Shown piece after piece: positions 8,454 through 17,744 of a DNA stretch of 64,000 nucleotides. The notes under the pieces are model-generated. The model saw nothing but the letters and a program-made list of their open reading frames with translations. It did no database searches and was not told where the DNA came from. The stretch is from Leptotrichiaceae bacterium (GTDB taxonomy: Bacteria > Fusobacteriota > Fusobacteriia > Fusobacteriales > Leptotrichiaceae): NCBI GenBank assembly GCA_018060185.1, contig JAGOWQ010000005.1, forward strand, positions 15,194 through 79,193, read 5' to 3'. Made by a program: the position numbers and the translations under genes. Position 1 is the first letter of the stretch; every line of letters begins with the position of its first letter.

Positions 8454-9359
8454 TTACTTAATAATTTTTAAAAATCTTGCAACTTTTTCTATATCTTTAT
8501 AATTATCATTTTTTGTAGGAATGAAACTATCTGTGGAAAGTAAAGATAATATTTCAGAATCTCCTGATTTAATACCTAAAAGTGTCTGTTTCATTTTTTC
8601 TTTTGTACCTTCTCCAAATTTTTTATCTACATCATTTATCGTCCAATTATAATCATAATAATTTGGTGTTTCAAAAAATACTTCAACTTTATCCAAATTA
8701 ACTTTATTTTCTTTAACTGCTTTTTCCCAATATTGCTTGTTTACAGCTCCTGCTTCTACAGTTACTGCTTCTACTAAACCATAAGTTTTATCATGAGAAC
8801 CACTATACACAGGCATACCGTTAAAATCTTTATCTGCATTTATTCCTTCAGCATCTAAGAAAAATCTTGGCATTAAATGACCAGACGTTGAACTTTCACT
8901 TCCAAAAGCAAAGCTCTTACCTTTAAGGTCTTTTAAAGAATTTATAGGTAATCCTTTCTGTTTAATAAACACAGATTGAAATTTTTCGTCGCTCGGTCTT
9001 TGAGCTATAGCCTCTGCTTCTGGAACTAAAGAACGTGCTTGGACACCAGTTAATCCCCCAAACCACACCATATCTATTTCTCCACGCTCAAAAGCTGTAA
9101 CAACAGCAGCATAGTCTACTACTGGAACATATTCTACTTTCATACCTGTTTTTTCACCTAAATATTTTGCAAAGTTTCCAAATCCTCTAGTTAATTCTGA
9201 TTGGTCAAAATCTGGAATTGCACTTATTTTAAAAACCTTTTCAGAATTTGTTACTTTTTTATCTTCTTTTATATTATCATTCTTATTACCACATGATATT
9301 ATTAAAAACATCATTATTAATCCTGTTACTAATAATAATTTTCTACTTACTTTTTTCAT
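8454..9359 (-). CDS. phnD: phosphate/phosphite/phosphonate ABC transporter substrate-binding lipoprotein PhnD
   Basis: 301 aa with a signal peptide and lipobox (LIISCG). PhnD-like core VEYVPVVDYAAVVTAFERGEIDMVWFGG...GSESSTSGHLMP. Confidence 0.85.
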   Translation of the reverse strand: MKKVSRKLLLVTGLIMMFLIISCGNKNDNIKEDKKVTNSEKVFKISAIPDFDQSELTRGFGNFAKYLGEKTGMKVEYVPVVDYAAVVTAFERGEIDMVWFGGLTGVQARSLVPEAEAIAQRPSDEKFQSVFIKQKGLPINSLKDLKGKSFAFGSESSTSGHLMPRFFLDAEGINADKDFNGMPVYSGSHDKTYGLVEAVTVEAGAVNKQYWEKAVKENKVNLDKVEVFFETPNYYDYNWTINDVDKKFGEGTKEKMKQTLLGIKSGDSEILSLLSTDSFIPTKNDNYKDIEKVARFLKIIK

Positions 9360-9914
9360 TTAATTCACCTTCCTGATTTTTTTAAATTTTTTCGTAATTA
9401 AAAATTTCAACATAATAAAATAACACACAATGTTATTCATTCTGTTGAAAAATATAATTTATTTTCACTTCTACACACTAATTCAATATTACAAGTATTC
9501 ATTTATATTCCTTTCTCAAAATTAATTTTAAAAATTTTTGTTCATTTAAAAATTGAATTTTAAAAAGAAATAGTATGAAACTATAACTTAAAATAACTAT
9601 TAAATAAATTTATTAAGTAACTATGTATGAAAAAGTCTCCACCTCTTTAATAATATTTTTACTCAAATAAAAATAAAACCAAAAATTAGCAGAAAGAGAC
9701 GACGACTTAATATATTATCATTACAATTTTGACATAAAGTACAGCCTGCACTTTTTAAACTTTTAACTCAATTATATTGATCTAAAGTAAAAGTGTCGTA
9801 CTCAAATAAATATCTCTTAATATCTGCTATTTTAAAATTGTAGTAATTCATACTCTTTCTCCCCCTTTGTTTTATATTTTATACTAATTATAGTATATCT
9901 CATGATATATAATT

Positions 9915-9962
9915 ATGCAATAGCTAATAAATTTCATTTATAATTTATTTTAGCTATTGCAT
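9915..9962. repeat. perfect 13-bp inverted repeat (hairpin) with a 22-nt loop
   Basis: ATGCAATAGCTAA (9915-9927) pairs with TTAGCTATTGCAT (9950-9962). It lies in the ORF-poor spacer, between two SD-preceded micro-ORFs. Confidence 0.7.
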
Positions 9963-10080
9963 TTATGAATTATTTAAGTTTTGATAAACTTACCGTTAAA
10001 GTTGGTGTAAATGGAGGTAACTTACTATTCATTTGTATATCACCTCTCTTATTTAATGTATTTATTTTTATTAAGAAAGT

Positions 10081-10104
10081 GAGCAGAAATATAAACTTCT
10101 GCTC
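10081..10104 (-). terminator. probable terminator hairpin downstream of the BMP-type ABC operon
   Basis: GAGCAGAA, an 8-nt loop, then TTCTGCTC, flanked by T/A-rich runs. About 140 nt after the permease stop at 10248. Confidence 0.4.
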
Positions 10105-10247
10105 ATTCTTTATTGTTATATTATTGAATTACTATTAGAAAAGATATCCACTACTTCTGACATTGTAGTAATTCCACCTACTTCTAAGTCATCTGTTAAA
10201 TCATAATAATTAACACAAATCCAAATAATCTATTTTAATTTTATTTT

Positions 10248-11105
10248 TTACTTTTCGTAAGGTTGACCAGATGCTTTAGGTGCTCTAGCTCTTCCCACAA
10301 ATCCTATTAATGCTAATAACGTTAAAATATAAGGAATCATTGATAAAAATTGCTGAGGTATAGGTAAATTAGAAGTTTTTGCAACATCTGCAAACGCCTC
10401 TCCAAATGCAAATAATAAACTTGCACATAGTGCTCCTAATGGATTCCACTTACCAAATATCATAGCTGCCATAGCCATGTATCCTCTTCCTGCTGACATA
10501 TTATTGGAAAATGAAGGCAACATTACTCCTGTTAAGTATGCTCCTCCTAATCCAGCAAACATACCTGATAATATAACACTTATATATCTTATTTTGTAAA
10601 CACTAATCCCTACTGTATCGGCTGCAAGAGGATGTTCTCCCACGGCTCTTATTCTAAGACCTAAAATAGTTTTATATAAGAAAAAATATGTTAATATTGC
10701 AAGGGTATATATAATAATTAAAATTAATTCTTTATTTGCCAAGTTTTTACCTGCTGGAGTACTCCCTGCTGCTTTAAATATCGTTTTTATTAAAAAAGAT
10801 GTTGTAGCTACTGCAAAAAGATTTATTGCAACTCCACTTATTATTTGATTTCCTTTTAAATGAATACTTATAACTGCATGTATTCCTGAAACTAATCCTC
10901 CTACTATAATTCCTGCTAAAATTCCAAGATAAGGATTCCCTGTTAATATATTTACTGTTGCTGTTGCAAATGCTGCACTTAACATAGTTCCTTCTAATCC
11001 TATATTAACAACTCCACTTTTTTCTGATAAGCATGCTCCTACTGATGTTATTAATATCGGTGGTGCAATTACCAATGTTTGCCTTAATAAAAATAGTAAA
11101 TTCAT
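10248..11105 (-). CDS. ABC transporter permease (BMP/CUT2 nucleoside-sugar type)
   Basis: 285 aa polytopic protein, glycine-rich in the BPD_transp_2 style. Start/stop overlap with the upstream permease. Confidence 0.8.
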   Translation of the reverse strand: MNLLFLLRQTLVIAPPILITSVGACLSEKSGVVNIGLEGTMLSAAFATATVNILTGNPYLGILAGIIVGGLVSGIHAVISIHLKGNQIISGVAINLFAVATTSFLIKTIFKAAGSTPAGKNLANKELILIIIYTLAILTYFFLYKTILGLRIRAVGEHPLAADTVGISVYKIRYISVILSGMFAGLGGAYLTGVMLPSFSNNMSAGRGYMAMAAMIFGKWNPLGALCASLLFAFGEAFADVAKTSNLPIPQQFLSMIPYILTLLALIGFVGRARAPKASGQPYEK

Positions 11106-12175
11106 TATTTACTCTCCTTTCTCTTTGAAATAAAGAACTTAAATAAATTTTCTGAAGCTACAAATATTATAATTAATGCTTGAATAATCAATACTATTTC
11201 TCTGTCTACTTGATATTTTTGCTGTAACATCTGACCACCAACATCAAGTGCTGCATAGAAAATTGCTGCAATTAATATCCCAAATGGATTATTTTTACCA
11301 AGTAGAGCAACTGCAAGCCCTGTAAATCCATAATCACTCATAATCATATCAGTATACGCATATTGTGCTGTTCCACCTAAAACTCTTTCAGCTCCTCCTA
11401 ATCCTGCACACGCTCCTGCTATTCCCATTGCTAAGAACATCATTTTTTTAGTATTAATTCCTGCATTTTCTGCTACACTCTCTTTATACCCGACTGCTTT
11501 CATTTCGTATCCTAATTTTGAATATTTAAAGAAAAGATATATTCCTATTACAAGAAGTATTGCTATAATGAATCCTACATTTAAGTTTTGCTTTGTAACT
11601 TTCGAGAATATTGTAATAAATCTTGCTCCTTCAAAAACTTTTTCTGATTGAGTATTTTGTGAAGCTGGATCTTTTAACGGACCATTTAATAAAAAATTTT
11701 GCCAGTTTACCATAATATAATTTAACATTATTGTCGCAATTACTTCATTAACACCAAATTTTGATTTTAAAAATCCTGCTATACCTGCCCATAAAAATCC
11801 ACCAACTATTGCAACTATTATAACTATAAAAATATTACCTAAAAAATAATTCCTAAATGTAACAGCCCAAAATGTCGCTGCAAGTCCTCCAGCTATCATT
11901 TGTCCTTGAGCTCCTATATTAAATAATCCTGCTTTAAAGGCAACCATGGCAGCTAATGCAGAAAATATTAGAGGCGTGGAAAGAAATAATGTCTTTGCTA
12001 ATCCTCCTAAAAAAGGCGATCTTGGAGAAGTCTGATAAAATGCCGCTTTCCCCATATCAATATAAGCCAATACTGGATTTACTCCTTTAGATACCATTAT
12101 TATTCCTCCAATAAATAACGCTATTAAAACAGCAATTATTGAAGGAAGAAATTCTTTTAACTTTTTTTTAGTCAT
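11105..12175 (-). CDS. ABC transporter permease (BMP/CUT2 nucleoside-sugar type)
   Basis: 356 aa polytopic protein. Overlaps the ATPase gene end (12168-12175), suggesting translational coupling. Confidence 0.8.
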   Translation of the reverse strand: MTKKKLKEFLPSIIAVLIALFIGGIIMVSKGVNPVLAYIDMGKAAFYQTSPRSPFLGGLAKTLFLSTPLIFSALAAMVAFKAGLFNIGAQGQMIAGGLAATFWAVTFRNYFLGNIFIVIIVAIVGGFLWAGIAGFLKSKFGVNEVIATIMLNYIMVNWQNFLLNGPLKDPASQNTQSEKVFEGARFITIFSKVTKQNLNVGFIIAILLVIGIYLFFKYSKLGYEMKAVGYKESVAENAGINTKKMMFLAMGIAGACAGLGGAERVLGGTAQYAYTDMIMSDYGFTGLAVALLGKNNPFGILIAAIFYAALDVGGQMLQQKYQVDREIVLIIQALIIIFVASENLFKFFISKRKESK

Positions 12176-13688
12176 TTAATTTTCCTCCTGCCATCAATAT
12201 TCCTATTTTTTCTGTTGTTGTATCTTTTGTATCTAATATACCTACTATTTTACCAGAATACATTACCGCTATTCTGTCACTTAATGCCATTATTTCAGAT
12301 AGTTCAGCAGAAACTAACATTATTGCTTTATTTTTAGTTTTTTCATGTAAAATAGTATTATGTATCATCTCAATAGCTCCTATATCCACTCCTCTTGTTG
12401 GCTGTGCTGCTATTATGAATTTATTTTCTCTTTCTAACTCTCTAGCGACAACGACTTTTTGCTGGTTACCACCAGACAATCCTCCAAATTTAATTTTACC
12501 ATCTGTAGGTCTTATATCATATTTTTGAATGTATTCATTAGTCTTTTTTTCTATTAATGAATAATCCATTGCAACTCCTTTTGAGTAATAATCTTGAAGT
12601 CCTAATACCATATTTTCTTCTACACTAAATTCATCTATTGTAGCTCTTTTATGCCTATCTTCTGGAATGTGTGATAATCCTCTATTTTTAATTAGTTTTG
12701 GACTTTTATTTTCCAAATTTTCACCTGCAATAGTATAAGTACCACTTTCAATTTTTTGTAATCCTGAAAGAGCTTCTATCAATTCCGTTTGACCGTTTCC
12801 TTCTACTCCTGCAATTCCTAGAACCTCACCCTCTCTTATTTCAAATGAAATACCTTTTAATTTTTCAATATCTTTATCTGCTTTTACTACTAAATTATCT
12901 ACTTTTACTACAGTATTTCCTATTTTTACATCAGGTTTTTTTACCTCAAATAAAACAACTCTTCCTACCATTAAATTTGCAATTTTTTCCTTAGTTGCTT
13001 CTGATGTTTTCAAGTTTCCAACATCTTTACCCCTTCTAATTACAGTTATATTATCTGATAATTCAAGAACTTCATGTAATTTATGAGTTATAAAAATAAT
13101 TGTTTTTCCTTCTTTTATAAGGTTTCTCATTATTGAATATAATTCTATTACTTCTTGAGGTGTAAGCACAGCACTTGGTTCATCAAATATTAATAATTCA
13201 GCACCTTTAAATAATATTTTCAATATTTCTATTCTTTGATGAACTCCTACTGATAAATCGGAAACTTTAGAATCAGGGTCTATATTTAATCCGTATTGTT
13301 CAGAAACTTCTCTAACTTTTTTTCTTGCTGCTTTTAAGTCAAAGAAAACTCCTCCTGTAGAAGGTTCAAATCCTAAAACCATATTTTCTGCTACAGTTAG
13401 TGTATCTATAAGCATAAAATGTTGATAAACCATTCCTATTCCCAAATTTGCTGCTACAGTTGGGCTTGATATATCAGTTTTTTTCCCTTTATAGTATATT
13501 TCTCCTGATGTAGGAGCATAAAGCCCATTTAATATTTTCATCAATGTTGATTTTCCTGCTCCATTTTCTCCAACGATAGCATGAATTTCACCCTTTTTTA
13601 TTTTTAATGTAATATCATCATTGGCAATGATTTTACCACCTAAAAATTCTTTTCTTATATTTTTCATTTCTAAAATATAATCACTCAT
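12168..13688 (-). CDS. ABC transporter ATP-binding protein with duplicated ATPase cassettes (CUT2 type)
   Basis: 506 aa. First cassette: GENGAGKST, LSVGVHQR, LLIFDEP. Second cassette: LSGGNQQK with a degenerate Walker A. This is typical of ribose/nucleoside-type importers. Confidence 0.85.
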   Translation of the reverse strand: MSDYILEMKNIRKEFLGGKIIANDDITLKIKKGEIHAIVGENGAGKSTLMKILNGLYAPTSGEIYYKGKKTDISSPTVAANLGIGMVYQHFMLIDTLTVAENMVLGFEPSTGGVFFDLKAARKKVREVSEQYGLNIDPDSKVSDLSVGVHQRIEILKILFKGAELLIFDEPSAVLTPQEVIELYSIMRNLIKEGKTIIFITHKLHEVLELSDNITVIRRGKDVGNLKTSEATKEKIANLMVGRVVLFEVKKPDVKIGNTVVKVDNLVVKADKDIEKLKGISFEIREGEVLGIAGVEGNGQTELIEALSGLQKIESGTYTIAGENLENKSPKLIKNRGLSHIPEDRHKRATIDEFSVEENMVLGLQDYYSKGVAMDYSLIEKKTNEYIQKYDIRPTDGKIKFGGLSGGNQQKVVVARELERENKFIIAAQPTRGVDIGAIEMIHNTILHEKTKNKAIMLVSAELSEIMALSDRIAVMYSGKIVGILDTKDTTTEKIGILMAGGKLND

Positions 13689-13753
13689 ATTTCCTCCTAT
13701 TGAATTTTATACATATAGATATTTTTTAATTATATATAGTGTATCTAATTTAA

Positions 13754-14770
13754 TTAATAAAAAAAATCTGAAACATAATAATTAGAACTTTCTTTTAATA
13801 GATTTTGTACATCTATTCTTTCTTTTACAACATCTATTTTGTAATTTTCAAAATAATATAGTGGATTTTCACCATTTATAAATAATATAGTATTATTTTC
13901 ATTATAGGTATAGCCACGATAATCAGAGTTTTCTATTAATAGTAAATTTCTTTTTAATTTCAATCTATTTTTAGCCAATTCTTCTAAAGTTTCCCTAGGA
14001 AAATCAGTTAAATAAACATTTAATTTTATTTCAGGAAAAATAGCCTGTTCTTCTATATTTTGTGAAATAACAATATCTTTATCAAATTTATATATTGTAT
14101 CGTCTTCATACTTATTAATTTCCATATTTGAATAACTATTTTTTATGAAGTATTCAAATTTTGATTCTTCAAAATTTTTAATTACTTTTTTTCTTTTTTC
14201 TTTTAATTCAGAAATTAAAAATTCTTTATCTAACTCTGAATAAACATTATTTATATCATATTCTTTTTTATTTAATAGTTCATAAAGCAAATAAATCTGT
14301 CTATTTAAATATTCTTGATCTGTTCCTAAATATTGTTTTAAATTTAATTTAGATGTTAATGATAATAACTCATGAATTTGATTTCCTTCAAGGGAAGAAG
14401 CAGGTAACTCTAATATTTTTTCTTCTTCAGAAAGTTCATCTGTTTTTAGTTTTTTCATATCTTCATAAAATTCTTTTTCTATTAAAACAGAATATTTCTT
14501 ATTTTTATCTACCTTTTCTAAAACTTCATTAAAATTATTGTAAAAATTATTTTTACCAATAATTCCAGTAGGATAATTTAATTCAAACATTTTAATTCTA
14601 TATCTTCCTGGTATTACTTTTCTCATTTTTGATTCACCATTTATGACAACTTTTATTTCTTTAAATCTTGGTTCTTCTTCATTTTTTAATTTTATTTCAG
14701 ATTTTATTTTATTAAACATACTAAAACTTATCGTATTTAATACTAATAAAAATAATAATAGTTTTTTCAA
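13754..14770 (-). CDS. hypothetical secreted protein (K/E/N-rich)
   Basis: 338 aa with an N-terminal signal-like MKKLLLFLLVLNTISFS. The start appears to be TTG, preceded by an AGGAGGA SD. No motif recognised. It occupies the slot where a BMP-family binding lipoprotein would be expected. Confidence 0.6.
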   Translation of the reverse strand: MKKLLLFLLVLNTISFSMFNKIKSEIKLKNEEEPRFKEIKVVINGESKMRKVIPGRYRIKMFELNYPTGIIGKNNFYNNFNEVLEKVDKNKKYSVLIEKEFYEDMKKLKTDELSEEEKILELPASSLEGNQIHELLSLTSKLNLKQYLGTDQEYLNRQIYLLYELLNKKEYDINNVYSELDKEFLISELKEKRKKVIKNFEESKFEYFIKNSYSNMEINKYEDDTIYKFDKDIVISQNIEEQAIFPEIKLNVYLTDFPRETLEELAKNRLKLKRNLLLIENSDYRGYTYNENNTILFINGENPLYYFENYKIDVVKERIDVQNLLKESSNYYVSDFFY

Positions 14771-14790
14771 AGTTTCCTCCTATGAATAAT

Positions 14791-16572
14791 TTATAAATTT
14801 TCTTTTATTGCTATTGCAATCTTTTCAGGAACAACTTCCATCAATTCTTCTAAAGTAGAATTTTTTATATTTTTGATTAATCCAAACTTATTTATCAATT
14901 CTTTTTTTCTTTTAGGTCCAATTCCAATGATATCATCTAGTGAACTCTTAACATTTCTTTTACTTCTAAGTTTTCTATGATGTGTTATTCCAAATCTATG
15001 AGCTTCATCTCTCAATCTTTGGAGTATCTTTAATGTTTCATCTACTCTTTCAAACATATACGGAATACTTTCATAAGCTTTGAAAATTTCTTCTTCTCTT
15101 TTAGCAATACTTATTATATCTGTATATTCTATCTTACCTAATTTTTTAAGTGTATCTACCGCAACTCCAAGTTGACCTTTACCACCGTCAATTAAAATCA
15201 ATTCTGGCATTTCCTCAGGTAATAATTTAGAATATCTTCTTGTCAATGCCTCTCTCATCATAAAAAAATCATCTGGGGTATCTTTTGATTTTATTTTAAA
15301 ATGTCTATATTCTCTTGGTTCTATTTTACCATCTATGGATACTGTCATTGCTGCAACTGCATCCACTCCTTGTATGTTTGAAATATCAAAGCATTCTATT
15401 CTATAAGGTTTTTTCTTTAATTTTAAAATTTTCTTTAAATTATTTAATCCTTCTTGAATATTTTTTTTCTGTCTATAGTACTTTTCAACTTCTTCTTTTA
15501 AATTTAAAAATCCCATTTCCAACAATTGATATCTTCTACTATTTATTTTAGGAAAATACATCTTTATTTCTCTATTTTTTTCAATTTTTGCCCATTCTTT
15601 TATAATATTTTCATTTTCTTCAAAAGAAGGACTACATATGATATTTTTAGGTATACTTCTTTTTTCATAATAAGAAGTAATAAGTCTTTCAAAGATATTA
15701 TCTTCTTGGCTTCTTTCTAAAGAAATCTGTATATGATTTTTATTTATAACTTTACCTTCCCTTATGTTAAGTACACATAAAAAAACTTGATCGTTTCTTT
15801 CTTCAAATACAAAAATATCTTCGTCTATTTCTCTACTATATTCTATTATCTGAGTTTGAAGCATTCTTTTTAAAGAATTTATTTTTTCTCTTTCATTAAT
15901 TGCTCTTTCAAATTCCATATTTAAACTTAAGTTTTTCATTTTTTCTTCTAAAACATTAAATATTTCTAATTCTTGTCCTTTTAAAAAATTTTTAAAATTT
16001 TCTATATCTTCATTGTACTCCTTATTTATATTTTTATAAAAACAAGGAGCGCTACATGTATTCATGTGGTATTTCAGACAAGGTTTAGTTATTTTTTCCA
16101 TATTTCTATTACAGTCTCTAACTGGAAAAATTTTCAATAAAGACTTTACGGCAAAAAATATTCCCATAGGATAAGGTCCGAAATACTCAGCTTTTTCGTT
16201 TAGCCTTTTAGTACTTCTCACTATTTCTATTTTAGGAAACTTTTCCTTTGTAAATTTTATATAAGGATAAGTTTTCTCATCTTTCAATAATATATTATAT
16301 TTAGGTTTGTTTTTTTTTATCAAATTATTTTCTAAAATAAGAGCTTCCACTTCAGTTTTACATATAAAAAATTCAATTTCTTTTATATTTTTTACAAGTT
16401 CTGAAGTTTTGATATTGTGAGAATTTATATTCTTAAAATAAGATGAAACTCTATTTTTAAGATTTTTAGCTTTTCCCACATATATTATTCTTCCTTTTTC
16501 ATTTTTCATTAAATAGACACCAGGATTTATTGGAATATTTCCATATTCTACAGGTGAGCTTATTTTTTCCAT
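14791..16572 (-). CDS. uvrC: excinuclease ABC subunit C
   Basis: 593 aa. N-terminal GIY-YIG (GVYLMKNEKGRIIYVGKAKNLKNRVSSYF), a central UvrBC region and a C-terminal endonuclease-V-like plus HhH region (IGIGPKRKKELINKFG). Confidence 0.9.
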   Translation of the reverse strand: MEKISSPVEYGNIPINPGVYLMKNEKGRIIYVGKAKNLKNRVSSYFKNINSHNIKTSELVKNIKEIEFFICKTEVEALILENNLIKKNKPKYNILLKDEKTYPYIKFTKEKFPKIEIVRSTKRLNEKAEYFGPYPMGIFFAVKSLLKIFPVRDCNRNMEKITKPCLKYHMNTCSAPCFYKNINKEYNEDIENFKNFLKGQELEIFNVLEEKMKNLSLNMEFERAINEREKINSLKRMLQTQIIEYSREIDEDIFVFEERNDQVFLCVLNIREGKVINKNHIQISLERSQEDNIFERLITSYYEKRSIPKNIICSPSFEENENIIKEWAKIEKNREIKMYFPKINSRRYQLLEMGFLNLKEEVEKYYRQKKNIQEGLNNLKKILKLKKKPYRIECFDISNIQGVDAVAAMTVSIDGKIEPREYRHFKIKSKDTPDDFFMMREALTRRYSKLLPEEMPELILIDGGKGQLGVAVDTLKKLGKIEYTDIISIAKREEEIFKAYESIPYMFERVDETLKILQRLRDEAHRFGITHHRKLRSKRNVKSSLDDIIGIGPKRKKELINKFGLIKNIKNSTLEELMEVVPEKIAIAIKENL

Positions 16573-16604
16573 AATATTTTCCTTATTTTATATTTATTGT
16601 AATT

Positions 16605-17714
16605 TTAGTTAAGCATTTCATAATATTTTTCCTCTACGTATTTCCATAAATTCATAGATACAATACTTTCAAATCCTTTAAATGTAGAGACTATTTCATT
16701 AAATTTATCAAAAGATATTTCCTCTAATAAATATATCTTTTTTAATCCATTTATTATTATTAAATCTTTATACGATATTACATGTTTTCTTCCAAGTCCA
16801 AATAATAATACCATTTCGACAGTCCATGTACCAATACCTTTTATTTCCATCAAAATTTCATAAATTTTTTCATTATCATATTCTACTAATGATTCAAAAT
16901 CTATATTACTATTAATTACATTTCTAATATATTTCAAACGAAAACCACTTATACCTAATTTTTTAAAATCTTTATCGTCTATTTTACTCAATTTTTCTTT
17001 TGTGACCACATAGTTACACATTTTGTAAAGTAAAATTTCTTGTTTTTTAGCGGTTTTATATGCTATTTGTTGATATATTATTTGAGATATTAAACATGAA
17101 AATATACTATTATACTTCATATAATATTTCATTGGTGGCATTACATCAAATATTTTTTTAATATCTTTATGGTTTATTAACATTTTATATTCTTCTTTTG
17201 AAAATAGTATCTTTGTTGTACATTTGTTATAAAATAAATACTCTGCTTCATGTAATAATAAATTTTCTTTCATTTTACTTCCGTAATAATAATTCCCTAC
17301 ACTTCCATCACTTTTAGTAATTCTATGACATGGAATTATTATTGGTATTTTATTTTGTGCCATTATTGTTCCAACAGCTCTATTTGCCTTTGAATTATTA
17401 ATTTCTGCCAGTTCTTTATATGACATAACATCCCCTGTTTTTGTATCATAAAGACTTTTTAAAACTCGGGACTTAAAACTATTATCAAAAAATAAAGGGA
17501 TATCAAATTTTTCCAATTCTCCTTCAAAATATTTTTCTAATTGTTTTTTAGTTGTATTTATTATTTCATTTGATTTTTCGTAATTTATATCTATTTCATT
17601 TAGTTCTTTTTTTGTTAATATTTTTAAACTTAGTAAATATTCGTCACTAGCGATTAATTCTATAATTCCGTAACTACTATTTAAATAACCAACATACTCA
17701 ATATTATTATTCAT
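16605..17714 (-). CDS. bifunctional fusion: methylated-DNA-protein-cysteine methyltransferase (Ogt/MGMT) plus DNA-3-methyladenine glycosylase II (AlkA-like HhH-GPD)
   Basis: The N-terminal half carries the MGMT active site IPCHRITKSDGSVGNY. The C-terminal half carries HhH-GPD (IKGIGTWTVEMVLLFGLGRKHVISYKDL). I prefer the ATG at 17714 (MNNNIEY) because a GAAGGGAG SD precedes it. The ORF-track start 17735 is TTG. Confidence 0.75.
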   Translation of the reverse strand: MNNNIEYVGYLNSSYGIIELIASDEYLLSLKILTKKELNEIDINYEKSNEIINTTKKQLEKYFEGELEKFDIPLFFDNSFKSRVLKSLYDTKTGDVMSYKELAEINNSKANRAVGTIMAQNKIPIIIPCHRITKSDGSVGNYYYGSKMKENLLLHEAEYLFYNKCTTKILFSKEEYKMLINHKDIKKIFDVMPPMKYYMKYNSIFSCLISQIIYQQIAYKTAKKQEILLYKMCNYVVTKEKLSKIDDKDFKKLGISGFRLKYIRNVINSNIDFESLVEYDNEKIYEILMEIKGIGTWTVEMVLLFGLGRKHVISYKDLIIINGLKKIYLLEEISFDKFNEIVSTFKGFESIVSMNLWKYVEEKYYEMLN

Positions 17715-17744
17715 ATATACTCCCTTCAAAACCAATCACATAAA

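Noticed and set aside
10131-10247. Open frame ...YYDLTDDLEVGGITTMSEVVDIFSNSNSII* just downstream of the ABC permease, as a possible gene remnant.
   Set aside because: It has no canonical start before the internal Met, a weak SD and no recognisable family. It is mentioned only as part of the ORF-poor spacer.
13754-14770. Calling this ORF the missing BMP-family substrate-binding lipoprotein.
   Set aside because: It has no lipobox cysteine and none of the BMP/PnrA-type motifs. Its composition is K/E/N-rich and coiled-coil-like, so it stays hypothetical.
17715-17735. N-terminal extensions in the ORF track: MVLKGVY- at 17735, MGEEEVN- at 18647, MGGF- at 20736, MERK- at 38600, MRFGGN- at 48848, MEGI- at 53128 and MIH- at 61991.
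   Set aside because: These begin at TTG or GTG codons lying within or upstream of the obvious SD of a downstream ATG. The ATG starts were preferred.
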